From: Catajapyx aquilonaris
Lineage: Eukaryota
Assembly (NCBI GenBank): GCA_000934665.2
Contig: KZ537964.1
Coordinates: 1-64,000 of the forward strand
Direction of reading: 5' to 3'
Length of the DNA stretch: 64,000 nucleotides
Shown: positions 12,901 to 25,136 of the stretch, one piece after another
How the letters are laid out: each line of letters begins with the position of its first letter
Position numbering within the stretch: the first letter of the stretch is position 1
Notes under the pieces: model-generated
Told to the model about the DNA's origin: nothing
Databases searched by the model: none
Seen by the model: only the letters and a program-made list of their open reading frames with translations
Position numbers and translations under genes: made by a program

Positions 12901-14589
12901 TTATTGTGTCATTTGGTTAACTTCCATAGTTATTTTGCTAGTGGTTTTTCTAAGTTAATTATATTATTGTAATTTTCATAGTTTAAGTTATTTGCCATAA
13001 GTAATGTTATTTTCGTGCATAAGTTACTTATTTAAAATATAGGTTTATATGCATAAATTCAGAAAATATTACTGTATGTAGGCCTATTAATTATTTCAAT
13101 TACTTTCGGGATATTTATATACGGTATTATATTTTCAAATGTTAAATTAATAATTAGAAGATCACGGCATCGCAGAATTAACCGCATTGTTGACAAATAA
13201 CGTCAGGGTCTACATCTACTTGAAACAATTTGATACTGTAACATGAAATTCGCAGACTCCTACCTGACCGAAGAGCCAGTAATTACTGCTCAAGAAACTG
13301 CGACGTCATCTGCCGGCAGTATAATTAGTGGTTTTACTTGAAGCGGCAAAATTGCAGCATACCCTCAATACTTACCTGCACTTTTCCTGGCTCTTAAACC
13401 ACCATGTGTTACACGTAGTGTAATCACCGCTCGTGACTTGCCGCATTTGCACTTTTGTGCAAAATAGCTGAAAAAAAAACTGTCTGAAAATAAGGCCCAA
13501 TATGGCGTCATTCGTCACGTGTGAAGGCAACGTGGTCACATTTTTTTTTTCTTTTCGAAAGTCTTTTTTGAGGAGGGTGGGGGAAGGGAGGGGTTGGGTG
13601 GGGGGGGGGGGGATAAAAACCTCATCTCCAGGGGTTTATTTTCTCAGTTGAGGTAGCCTTCACGGTGGTGAGTGACAGTAATAGAGCCCAGCTGGATGAC
13701 GGCAGCCTACAGAGCCTCCCCATGTCATTTTTGTGCTAGCGGGGGCCATCAATCACCCTCACACCGCCTGCTCTGCTCACAAACAGCCTGCTGACACGCC
13801 ATTGACGTGCCAAGGGAAAGGGAAAGATGTGATGATGGTTTGGGAGGGGAGAGAAGAGGAGGAAGTGGGCTTGGAAATAACGACTTGGGCTAGATCGTTA
13901 ATCGATACTATCGTAGGTTGGATGGAAAACGTTGCTTCATGCAAGGTTAATTGGGGGGTTTTGCACCTAGTACTTGTGTAAAATAGGTAAGTTGACAACA
14001 GATGGCGGTAGCTGCTTTCTGGCGATGCTCCCGCCATCTTTTGCTGCTGGTGACACTTTCAAACCTGCTGATAGAACCGAATTGCATAGATTGGCAGGAA
14101 GCGAAATAAGAAAAACTAGGCACCAACTTGCCAAAATTTGGCAAAAAATTTGGCAAAAGTGCGAAAGTGGAGAGAAAAAAGAACCCGCAGCATTATCGAA
14201 GCGGACACCCGACAGTGACGTGTAAAAGTATAAGCGAGTCGCGGCCCAGGAGGTGGCGCCCAAAGGCGGAAATGGGAATTCCGTGGAGGTCCCAGAATCT
14301 GCGTTTTTGAGTTTTTTTTTACATTTCACAAAGTCCCTGGCCACTTTTTCAAAAAATAAAAGTTTATTGCACATGTAGAAAACGCGAGCAAAATTCAGAG
14401 ACCACTCCCAACTCTGTAGGCCCTACGGTGCCCAGGAGTATCCATCACACTCGGGTATTAATAATATAGAATATGTAGGAGATATTATTAAAACAAAACC
14501 ATTAATATGAATAAATTTGTTATAAGTCTGCATATACTGTATTATTTTGATTCAAATACTGTTTATTTATTTTTAACAATAAATTATAT

Positions 14590-14845
14590 TTAATTATATA
14601 GTGTTTATATATTTTATCAATAAAATTTATTTTATTATATATTTCATCAATAAAATTTTATTAAATATTTTATTGATAAATTTATATTAAATATTTTATT
14701 AATAAAATTTTATTATATATTTCATTAATAAAATTTTTATTATATATTTCATTAATAAAATTGTTATTATATATTTATTAATAAAATTTTTATCGTATAT
14801 TTTATAAATAAAATTTTCATCGTATATTTTATTAATAAAATTGAT
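14590..14845. repeat. AT-rich minisatellite, about 26-27 bp unit
   Basis: Repeated AATAAAATTTTATTATATATTTCATT-like units. Confidence 0.8.
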
Positions 14846-16839
14846 TTTATTAGCCTGTATATTTTATTTCATACCGTAATAAAAATGACTAAAAATATAG
14901 CAAAACCATTTTGTACGTAAAATTGTAACAATGTATTGATGGCGGTGGACTGCTATCGCCATCTGTGTTGGCCTGAGTGACACCACCAAATCTGTGGCAT
15001 TTGCCAAACAGACACAACATTGTAAGTATAAATGGGCACCATCTGCAGCCAGTCCTTCGCTCACAAAGACCGCCTTGAGCCCCCCAGCACCAGTAATAGG
15101 CCCTGTCCTCCCGACTTCCAAAAGAAATGTGAGTCCGGTGTGACACTTTGCCTTGCTTGAAACCATCTCCATCATTGGTGGTCCCCATCAGCGTCACATT
15201 CCACAATGAATAACGGCTGGGTCATCGACTCCCAATTCGTGTCGGCGGCCTTTTTCAAAAGCAACCAGAGAAAGAAATTGGGCCAGTTGATTTTTGTTAT
15301 ACCGACACTCACAGGGACCCACGGTTTTGGAACAACCTGGCTTCTTTTACCGTCTGATTTACAAGGCGTCAAACAGGATTCTAGCTCCTCTTTTTTTTTG
15401 TCTATGGGGTAAAACCCAAAATGTGTGTTTTTTTCTGTTTCTTCTGGTCTGGTGGTTTGCAGCATGACAACCTCGCACCTGCCTTTTTTGTGGCATCACC
15501 TGTGTGGTCCGGTAATTAGCCCGCTCCTTTTCCTGGCGTCCATTTCGCCACGTCACTCTTCGCCTAGTCATCAGCTGACATCAGCTGGCAGGGGGAATAA
15601 GCCGGCTCCTGCTAACAGGTTGACAACCAAGAAGCCAAAATCGCATGCTTTTACATCAAGTACCTCAAAACCAGTATAGATACAAGTTTAAAATAATTTA
15701 TTAGCTAGCCTCTACCTGGGCTGCTACACGACCGACTAGCCTTCCTACCAGCCATCTCTTGGAAATTTTTCATCAGAATTATGTAATACCTGCCAGATTT
15801 CTCCTGCTTATTTAACAAAAAAAAACGCGCGTAAGACAAGTAGTTTCACTTTCATGATCCACAACTTCTATCAACCCAAATCATCAGACCACAAAACTAC
15901 TTCACTTTTTGCGACCACCACATTAACTCCTAGTCGGATGTAAATCGCTCCTCAAAGTCATGTCTCCCTACAATTGACGTCAAGGCGGGATATTGTTTAC
16001 CCCCTGCCCAATCCCAAATTATGGAAACCTGAATGACAAATACTCGCACCCTTACAAAAAAACTACCGCTAGATAATTTACGACCCGATAAAATCTAGGT
16101 AATAGATGATGATTATCCACTGACAAGCCGACGTTACTATTTTCCATGCCAAGATGACGTGGAGATTTCCTTTCACTCGGGGGGGTGGAGTTACTGCCTT
16201 TTATGCAAATGGAGAAACCTGGTTAGAAAATGCCAATTCCTATTCCCTTTTATCTGGCAGCCATATCAACCTACCTAGCCCTTATAACTTTTTACAAGTA
16301 GACTGTCAATCATAGTGGCCTAGAATTTAAGACAGATAATATACAACTGTTGCGAAGGTTCTGACAGGTTTATAATATAAGGTGCGGGGTTCAGAAAGAA
16401 AACGAGCGGCATTTATTATTGGCGGAGAATGATGGATTTAAGACTTAATAACCCAGGGGGTGGGGGAGGGGGGGCAAGTGCTGTGAGAGGCCCCTAGCTA
16501 GTCGAATAGAAGGGGGGGTGCTCCCTTAACTAATTTGTTTTGATTTATGCTGTCAGGATGAGGAACAAGCCGTGCTGGTTTTGCACGTAAGGTTTACGTA
16601 CAGTCAGAATCTGGTTTGGAACCGTTTTCTTAGAAACCGGTCTGCTTGACAGCCGTCATTCGTCATTATCACCTGGGAGGATCGACGGCTCTGTTGCACG
16701 TCAGTTAGTGTCAGGTGGTTCTTAGACGCTTCCTGAACATATACATGGTGATCCAACTGTTTATTGGCACTAAGTTGATTATTATCTGTTATTTTTTTAT
16801 TGCTATCAAAAGAAATGGCTTACTCTAACAATTTTGAAG

Positions 16840-17110
16840 CCTATCGAAAATATTAGCTATATTTACTGCAAGTTACTTTTGATAGCCATCAAAATTATTA
16901 GCCACTTATTTTATCATCTATTTTGGCGGTTATCGAAAGTACTGCAGTAGCTATTTAATTTGACTATTTTTATAGCCAGCAAAAGTATTAGCTGCTTATT
17001 TGTAGCAGTTATTGTTTGACACATTAGCAGCTGGTTATCAAAAGTAGTTGCTACTTATTTTAACGCTTAGTTTTGATAACCAGCAAAATATTAAATTCTT
17101 GTTTTAGCAG
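16840..17110. repeat. Degenerate tandem repeat
   Basis: Recurring ATCAAAA.TATTAGC...TTATTT-like units. Confidence 0.5.
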
Positions 17111-18663
17111 TTGTTTTTAGTTCTCAAATGTGGTGGATGCAATGTGTATACAGCAGGGTTTGCCAAATCGACGAAATATAGTGGCGGAAGCCTAATTTGA
17201 CATGGCTATTGAGTTGATGTGCGGGAGGGTGACGTGCCAACCGTCGAAAGAATTAGGTTTGTCAGGCGTCCTTGTTGGTTGTTTACCGCCGTCTTAAATC
17301 ATGCTTGTCGAATATATAACATTTTAGCCACACAAAAAAAACACGTTTCTGAAAACAAGACTGGTTTAGATAGCATGGCAGATTAAACCTCGCGTCTGAT
17401 TTGAATTCGTTCCGGCCGAGTAAATGAGAAGTTCCCGGAAAATGACACGGAGCAGATGACAGTTTGACCAACTGGCCCCGTGGGCCAGGTTTTCTAGGGA
17501 GGACGAGTCAGCTAATTGGAACGACAGCCATTACTTATTGCCTTGGCGTGGGAACTGATATATGAGCAGCCTTCCTGTTTTCTGGTTGGAAAAGAGTGGA
17601 ATGGGGAGGGGGGAGGGAGTTGCCTAATGATTTCTTTTTCCGGATGAAAAATGTCCATTGGGCAAGCCTACGACATGGACTGTTAGGTTCTGGTTTTATG
17701 GCCGGGTAAGGTGAGTTAACTCGGCCACACATTGAACTCTCCATTATTTCAACTGGGCTGACAACACCAGGCCTGATTGGATGCCATGTTGGATTGTTGG
17801 CAGCCATCTTGGATCTGACTGTCAGCCATTTTGACCATCTTCAACCTTTGCATATCCGGTTTGCATTTACAATCCTGAATAAGCCTACGAAAGTCCCAGT
17901 TTGTGTCATCTAGTAGTACCTGTACATGTCAACATGGCGGCCATTTTGGATCCAGTTGACTCACAAGGACCGAACCTGTCCCTCCCCATGGGTTTTATCT
18001 ATCTCTCCGCCGTGAAACGATAATGACACTGTAACCCATTGATTAGTAATGGTCAAACATGACTGGGAGCAAAAGAACCTGCGACCACAAATCACCTTAA
18101 TTGCCAGCACCACACACTATAAACGAGGGTGTCGGTTGTGGGAGGGAATGACATACCCCCCCGTTTCACATCTAGTATATCGCCTGCCTAACACGGGCCT
18201 CCCCACGTCCATTACAGTTATTGGCTCTCTGCTAGAAAGAGATTAGATAAGAGAGGGGGGTCCTGGGCTATAACTGTCTATGCAACGATTGATCCCTGCA
18301 CCGACATGTCTTGGTGACCGTGTGTCCCCCTGGCGGCGACTGATCCAAGCGGAGGTGCAGAATGTGCCTTCCGCAGCTGGGGCGGCTGAACGTCAATGGA
18401 ACAGACGTAGTGGAAAACGCGGGGTGGATTGGCGGGGGCTTGACGCGTCATGATGAATGGGCGGGAAGGGCTTGTGTGCCCCTGTGACGACCGGCGGGGG
18501 ACCCTGTCACAGGATGATCTTTCCAAGGGACCGGTCGAGTGGACCGATCGATGCCGGACATCTTGAAGGTTGTCGCCCTCTACGGTTTGACAGGACACTG
18601 AGGACAGTACAGTCACTTCCAGGAGTAAAGTAGCAGACCTGAAGCTCAAATTAGCCTCCAAGA

Positions 18664-18804
18664 CAGGCGCTTCTATAGAGGAGTAGAGGCGCTTATACAG
18701 AAGGAGTAGAGGCACTTATACAGAGAAGTAGAGGCGTTTATACAGAGAAGTAGAGGCGCTTATTCAGAGGAGCAGAGGCGCTTATACAGAGGAGTAGAGG
18801 AGCT
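18664..18804. repeat. 22-bp minisatellite, about 6 copies
   Basis: Unit TATACAGAGAAGTAGAGGCGCT, about 1.5 kb upstream of the noc-like start codon. Confidence 0.88.
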
Positions 18805-20269
18805 CCTATCTTTGCAGGAGTGCCTTTGTTGGAGGCTATTTTGAGCGTCATGTCTGTTACCCTTGCTGTTACCTTACTCCTGAAAGTGACTGTACCTGCC
18901 GCGTCAAGACCTGGCCGGAAAGAACCGTCTCCTGGAACCTCCATATTTTTCCATCAACCGATTTCACCCTGGGGTCCCTGTGGTTAGGCCCGTGCATGGG
19001 CAGACTCGGTGGTTCTTTCCGGTAGCTGTGAACAGGCACGTTTCCTAGACTAATGAGAAACGTGTTGCGGCCTAGACAAGCCTCGTTATTGCGTGCACTA
19101 CTGCCCTGAGGGGATGAGATCAAGCCCGTACTTCCTCCACTTTTTGACCAAACTATCATCGTACAGGAAACGTCTCCTTTGCTCGGCATTTCATAAATAC
19201 GCTGATTACGTACCCTCAGATGTTCCGGCGGTGTGGATAACACAATAGGCCGAGTGTGAAGCTATAAATCCTTACCTGGTGTGGGAAGGTCGAAGCCAGT
19301 CTTACAAGTCGACTGGAAACAAGATTGTGGTCATTAAGGTTTCAATAAATTTGCAATGAGACACGGTACACAAAATATGACCGGTCCAAAGACTTCCGCG
19401 TCGATTGAAAAGTCCGGGTGTATTATTCAAAAACTTGGACTTTTATACTCGAAATGAGGTATGCACCTGCCTTGTCTTTACGGCCGGCCATAAACATGGT
19501 CCGGAATAGGCAAAAACCCTGCAAAAAAAAATGGCGGCCATGACTGATCTTTTAATTAAGCAAGCACGTCCAGAGGGCAGCACCCCGTGACCCACACCTG
19601 ACTTGAGCTCCCAGCGATGATAAGCCAACCCTCCCCAATTACCCAGCGTCACTTCTGCATAAAGTCGTGTAAAACAGTCCCGCGATTACGAAAGTGTAAC
19701 CGCTCCCCCCACCGTAACCGCCATGTTTTTTTTTGGAGGCGCAGTAACGCCAGATTCTGTGCTCTTCAACTGGGCTGTCAGTTGTTTCAACACCCGATTC
19801 TTCATGGTTGTTATTACAGACTTTCAGATCGACGTTACCACGACCAGTCGAAGCACGTTTCGGTTGAGAGGGGGGGAGGGGTGACCATTACCAATTTTGC
19901 TGTAAAAACATTCTTTTGGAACGGAACACCTCCACCTGCCACCGTGTGTGTCATAAGTGACCACATCCGACCAGAGACACCCCCCAGATCCCCCCCTTAA
20001 CACCGGATTGGAGCGCCATCCGGTGGTGTTGTCAGTACCCCACGCAACCGCTGGCTTTTCCGACCAATCGGCATCCGCGGGTTTGAATCAGCTGTACCGC
20101 TGACGTCGTCTCTTCGACCCCCCCTCCAGACCAGATGGTGAGGCGCTACCATCGTCTTCTGGGCAGGAGGGGGGATCCTCCACTTGTACCCACCACCGCC
20201 GAGGGAGTGATGACGACGCCGCCGCGGAAGCACCGCTAGAAACCAGCCACTGGGCTTGGGGGTTGGGAT

Positions 20270-20304
20270 TCAGTGCCGGTTGGCGTGTCGGAGGCTTCGG
20301 ATCG
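20270..20304 (+). promoter_or_regulatory. Candidate Inr + DPE core promoter of the noc-like gene (putative +1 at 20272)
   Basis: TCAGTG at 20270-20275 (Inr TCAKTY, one mismatch) and GGATCG starting at 20299, exactly +28 from the A, matching DPE RGWYV. Lies 51 nt upstream of the ATG. No transcript evidence available. Confidence 0.4.
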
Positions 20305-20322
20305 CTGTTTCGTCGCCCAGCC

Positions 20323-20385
20323 ATGCTCACCTCTAATGCCAACCAGTACCTCCGACCGGAGTACCTCACGCCGTTGCCAACTACG
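20323..20385 (+). CDS. noc: NET-family zinc finger gene (noc/elbow; ZNF503/ZNF703-like), coding exon 1: MLTSNANQYLRPEYLTPLPTT
   Basis: ATG at 20323 in the context CAGCCATGC is the first ATG of a frame that is open back to a TGA at 20101. NQYLRPEYLTPLPTT resembles the Noc N-terminus that precedes the Sp motif. The exon ends at ACG|GTAATT (donor 20386, phase 0) and joins in frame to LDAKKSPLALLAQTCSQIG. Assignment to noc rather than elB is from recalled motif similarity and needs a phylogeny. Confidence 0.9.
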
Positions 20386-22129
20386 GTAATTAGTGTTTGG
20401 GTGTGATATTTTGTGGGGTGTGTAGTGTGCCACGTGCTTTTGTGTGTGTTGTGACGGATCGCTGACAGGTAAGGTCGGACACGTGTTAGGTCAAAGGTGT
20501 GACTGTATGTCAACAAGTGGTGCTTGAGATAGTTTTTCGAACATTGTACGAAACATGTGCTAGGTACTTTGTTATATCAAAAATGTCGCTGTCCGGTACA
20601 CAATATGTGGTAAAACCGGTGTAAATCTGGCATTACATACACTGTTGTTGTTATCACTAAACATTCGGTAGGCTTTGACGGTACTCAACCGGTAATGCAA
20701 ATTACGTATTTTCCTTACTGCCGACACGAACGTGCAGCGAACATTGCAGTGAGGCATACCGACTGACAAGTCATGCGATGTAATTTGCAATTAATTATAT
20801 GGTAAAAAAGAGGAACATTTTTTCTCACACGCGATGACAACTATGTAGGTACAGTGCAGGGAACCGAGCCTATTGCATAAGATAAACAGTTTGACGCATA
20901 AACAAGTGGCTACAAAGTGTCACGCATAGTCTACACACAAATAGACAAGTAAAATTGGTTGTCAGTTTATTTGCAAATATCCGCTTGGTCTAATAAATTA
21001 TAGTAGTTTTCAATTATGTGCACTACTAAACAAGTGCAAGGTCAAATCTTTGTTTTGTACTTCATGATCGTGAATAGGAAAATCCTGGCTTGATAGCTCT
21101 TTATTGTTAGGATTTCACCCAGAAATATAGCAGAAAAAATATTATAAATGGTGTAAATAACTCCGCGGACTTTGTGGATTTATCAATTATTGTTAGGGAA
21201 TAGTTCATGTAAAATTGTAGTTCTGTATAATATTTACGCCAATAGCAAAAAAATAGTTCCCACATTTTTTATATTATAAAAAAATATCTGACATCTCCCT
21301 GTACATTAAGACCAACTGGTCGCGATTCTGAATATTCCCACACATATCTGATGCAAATCCGCGCTTCCTGTGGCAACCAACATTGTAACAGTCTCCAAAC
21401 ATGCGATCCGCCACCTCCGGCCACCTCTATCTTATTATCAGCTATATAACTATAAAAAAACGCACTATTTCGTGCGTTACCCAATCACTTTTCTTCTTCA
21501 AACTTGGGTGTCGCCTTCATCCTTGAAATATTCTAATTAGTCACGGAGCATAAAGTATTTGGTAGAATTGGACTCGTAAATCACTCTCCCCGCCTCTTAG
21601 CGCTGCTGGAGGTGGGAGTAAAAGGGGTGGCTGCGAGGAATTATTATTAAACGTCGCGCTTAAAATATGGCGACGATAAAACCAGGGAAAAGGGATTTCC
21701 ATTGTTTGCCTCCGATTGTAGATGGCGCGTCACTCTATTTTCATTTTAAACTTTTTGGAAGCCCCCGCAAAAAAAATTATTATTGAGGGAGGGGGTAGCC
21801 ATTTTGGCGGGAGATAAATTCGGTTTGACGAGAAAAGTGCAGCGTTTTACATTGTATCCGCGGCAGTCGGCATGAATAATTCGTCCGACAGCTGACAGAG
21901 AAGAAAAGCCGCGATTCCACCTTTTGGGTAGCGGTGATCAATAATTCGCACTTGGGGTTGTGTTGCAAACCGGAATAAGTGCTAATTATCTTGGCGATAG
22001 CTTTATCCACTAATTAATCTGGTGGCCCCCCTCGCTTGCAAACAAAGCAGGGATTTTGGTAGGGAGTAAATGGTGCACCCGGGCAATTTGGTGTGGTGAC
22101 TTATGGGTTGTTCATATGCTTTTTTACAG
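20386..22129 (+). other. noc: Intron 1 of the noc-like gene (1744 bp, GT-AG, phase 0)
   Basis: Donor GTAATT at 20386; acceptor GCTTTTTTACAG ending at 22129. Splicing restores a continuous LPTT-LDAKKSPL sequence. Confidence 0.88.
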
Positions 22130-23383
22130 TTGGATGCAAAGAAAAGTCCGTTGGCATTGTTGGCGCAGACATGTAGCCAGATTGGAGCTGATACTTCGTC
22201 CAGCAAGCCGATTATTCCGCCTTTGGAGAAGAAGAAGACGGAGCCGGCAAGGGACAAGATCTCACCGGGGTCATCATCCGGTCCGGACAGGATCAAATCC
22301 CATGAGAAGAAAGATGAGGCTGGAGGTGGAGGATCAACGAGCGTGCGGGCGACCAACTCGCCTGAAGAATCGAAGGTTCGAACACCGGTGTCTAAGTCCA
22401 GCTCACCGAGTGTGGTCAGCTCACCGTCACCCACCACCCGCGTGAAGACCCCAGCGCCTGACCCAAAGCCTGACCCACCCAGCACCAGCACCACCGTGAC
22501 CTCATCCAGCACATCCACATCCACATCCAGCAAGCTCGGGTTCAGCACCGTACTAAGCACTAGCGAGCACTCAGCCCTGAAGGACCTTCCACTAGGCACC
22601 TTCAAGCCCGGACTACCCGGCCCACTCGGCTACCCCTCATGTCTCTCAGGACATCTACCAGTCGATTCCGGGTTGCCATCAGGTCTTCTGGGGCAGTTAA
22701 AACCGGGCCTGAGCCCGTCTCTAGCAGGCCTGAACCCGTACCTGAGCTACGCCAGGCTGAAGACCCCAAGCGGAGGAGAGGCGTTGGTTCCGGTGTGCCG
22801 CGACCCGTACTGTACCGGGTGCCAGCTGAACGTGCCTGGTGCGGTGGCGGCCCATATGCTCAAACCCGGTGGGTGTCCCAGCGGCTGCGTGCAGTGTGAC
22901 CACCAGAAGAATGGGTTCTTGGCCAGTCTGATGCCGGGAATGCCGCCCGGGGCAGCCGCAGCGGCTCTGGCCTACGCGCCCCAGCACTCATTCCTGGGCG
23001 GATCACTTCCGTTTGTCTGCAACTGGATCCAGGGCGATGCGTACTGCGGCAAGAGGTTCGGGTCATCCGAGGAGCTCCTGCAGCATCTCAGGTCACACAC
23101 GAACCTGGCCGCCGCCTCTGATTCCACACCCCTGGCCCTGCTCAACCCTGGCGGGCTGCCCCCGCACCCCTTGCTGCACCGGACATACCCAACCCCGCCG
23201 CTCAGCCCTCTCTCAGCCGCTGCCAGGTATCACCCTTACGGCAAACCCGCTGGGATTCCGGGTCTGCCACCCACGTCTCTAGCAGGGTCCATGGGTCTCA
23301 CGCCCCATCCGGCCATGGCCCCGTATTACTCCCCGTATTCGTTGTACGGGCAGAGACTAGGGGGGAGTGGTCTGCACCCATGA
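22130..23383 (+). CDS. noc: NET-family zinc finger gene, coding exon 2 (417 aa plus stop; whole protein 438 aa)
   Basis: Contains the Sp motif SPLALLAQTCSQIG, an S/T-rich linker, Btd box CRDPYCTGC, Cys motif CPSGCVQCDH, a single C2H2 finger CNWIQGDAYCGKRFGSSEELLQHLRSH (C-X8-C spacing typical of NET proteins), RYHPY and C-terminal YYSPYSLYGQRL. Stop TGA at 23381-23383. Confidence 0.96.
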   Translation: MDAKKSPLALLAQTCSQIGADTSSSKPIIPPLEKKKTEPARDKISPGSSSGPDRIKSHEKKDEAGGGGSTSVRATNSPEESKVRTPVSKSSSPSVVSSPSPTTRVKTPAPDPKPDPPSTSTTVTSSSTSTSTSSKLGFSTVLSTSEHSALKDLPLGTFKPGLPGPLGYPSCLSGHLPVDSGLPSGLLGQLKPGLSPSLAGLNPYLSYARLKTPSGGEALVPVCRDPYCTGCQLNVPGAVAAHMLKPGGCPSGCVQCDHQKNGFLASLMPGMPPGAAAAALAYAPQHSFLGGSLPFVCNWIQGDAYCGKRFGSSEELLQHLRSHTNLAAASDSTPLALLNPGGLPPHPLLHRTYPTPPLSPLSAAARYHPYGKPAGIPGLPPTSLAGSMGLTPHPAMAPYYSPYSLYGQRLGGSGLHP

Positions 23384-24221
23384 AACTGTCTGAACCGGAG
23401 GTATCCACTTCCCTTCTACAGACCCTGAGTGCTGTGCTGATCATTTCATGGCTACCACGAGTTGATGGGGGTGGCCAGTAATGGTGACGTACTGGTGGAG
23501 CCACGAGCCGATGGCGGCTAAATATATTGGTGTCACCAGTACCTTACCATTGTACCAATACAAATATGCAAAGTGCGCCTTACATGTTTGGATTGGTACT
23601 TTTGATGGTCCATCGTGCGAGGTATCAGCAGTGTGCGGTATGCCACGGACTTGTGCAGTGCAGTGATGAACGTGCCAAGGCAAAACTGAAGACTGTGAAC
23701 TTTTGAACGGGTGTGTTACTCTAAGCAGTGCAATAGAGAGACAGATAACTAAAAAAATTTAATCTTGAGGCCAGTGTGTCAAATGTAGGCCCCACTTCTC
23801 CCCCATGTACAATATTGTACGTAAAACTGTAAGTATGTACATTTTTGTTATGCATCCCAATGGCCATAATGCTATTTCCATTTTGTTTTCGCTGATATTT
23901 TTTCCCCCTTCTTATTTGTGTAGTATGAGAACATCACTGATGTTAGGATGTGTTTAGGAACGTGTCTGTGGTGTGGCTTCATATTGAACCCCCCTCATCT
24001 TTTACTTGGAAGCAACAAATCCTGACAATCACAGGTTCAGTTCAATGTGGACGGCTGTTTTTTCAAAGACCCAATTTCCGCTGTCTTCGTCATCCCTCTA
24101 CCCGCCACGTATTGGCTCTGTGTAGATTTAATCGTTCCAACAATTAGTAACCATCCCTCAATGAAATTGTATAAGAAACCTGATGTACTATTATTGTTTC
24201 GCCATCCACGACATCCGTGTA

Positions 24222-24227
24222 ATTAAA
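24222..24227 (+). terminator. Candidate polyadenylation signal ATTAAA of the noc-like 3' UTR
   Basis: First ATTAAA/AATAAA hexamer I found after the stop codon, followed by T- and GT-rich sequence at 24231-24285. Confidence 0.35.
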
Positions 24228-25136
24228 AATTTGATTTTTTTCTGTTCCAAACGTACACTTTGCTTTTATTTGCATTGTGTATTCAGCATTTGAATAGTAC
24301 TGTCAGTGGGCAACAATGACTCGACAGTAATTCGATTAATATACTAGGGGAATTTCAGACTATTTGTCTGCCAGATTCTAGCCCTCTATTAGGGGAGACT
24401 GTCAACAATATACTGGCACAATGAATGCCAACAATTAAAAATCCCTGAGACGTCAGTACTATTCTAAGGATGAATACATTACACCACCCTTCCAGCACTT
24501 CTTCGCATAGCTAGTTTGACACCAGACATTTCCTGGCATCTGTTCCCCCAGTAATTTACCGGACCCCCCAAAAGTTCTCTGGCAACTTGGGGGATCTCCC
24601 CTCTGCTGCTTCTTCCTCCCAACAATGGCCGGGCCTCTCTTTTTAGCTATGAGAGCAATTATGGGCAATGACGGATGAATGCAAGTGTGTCGCGGACTTG
24701 GGAGCACTTGAACGCGGTGCCAAGACTCCCGGAATGCGGCCAATTAGGCGGCATATTTGCCTCCTCTTGCCAGCCTCTAGGATTGTTTATTGTTGCCACC
24801 CCCTCTCTGAAGACAAAAAGCCTTATGCTTTCCGCATAAGTTAATTAACTCGGTCGGCAATTAAGAATAATTTTCCTTCCTGTTGGGTGAAGATGAACAC
24901 TGAGCCAACATGGCGTCAGCTGTCACGTCTCTCTCATTGGCTGATTAGACCTGGCGTAATTGGTCAGTAAATCACGCCCCTGGTGGCTACCGGCTGAAGC
25001 TTGAGATTGCTCAAAGTCGTCGTCAGATGATGCTTTTCACAGGTGTTTCAACAGGAAGGAAGCGTTGCACCAAGGCTAGGAAATATTTTTCGGATGGAAA
25101 ATGGGCAGAAAAATTGACAACTGTTTTTTCCGTCAC

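Noticed and set aside
18278..19280. Run of minus-strand ORFs and a minus-strand donor-like CAG|GTAAGG near 19276 (possible divergent gene or lncRNA)
   Set aside because: No recognisable protein, the ORFs cross a minisatellite, and one donor-like word is not enough without RNA data.
22103..22129. ORF-track start MGCSYAFLQ for the zinc finger protein
   Set aside because: These codons are the intron 3' end (polypyrimidine tract plus CAG acceptor); the conserved N-terminus is in exon 1 at 20323-20385.
22003..22605. 200-aa minus-strand ORF and other ORFs overlapping exon 2
   Set aside because: Antisense or alternative-frame shadows of the GC-rich noc coding sequence.
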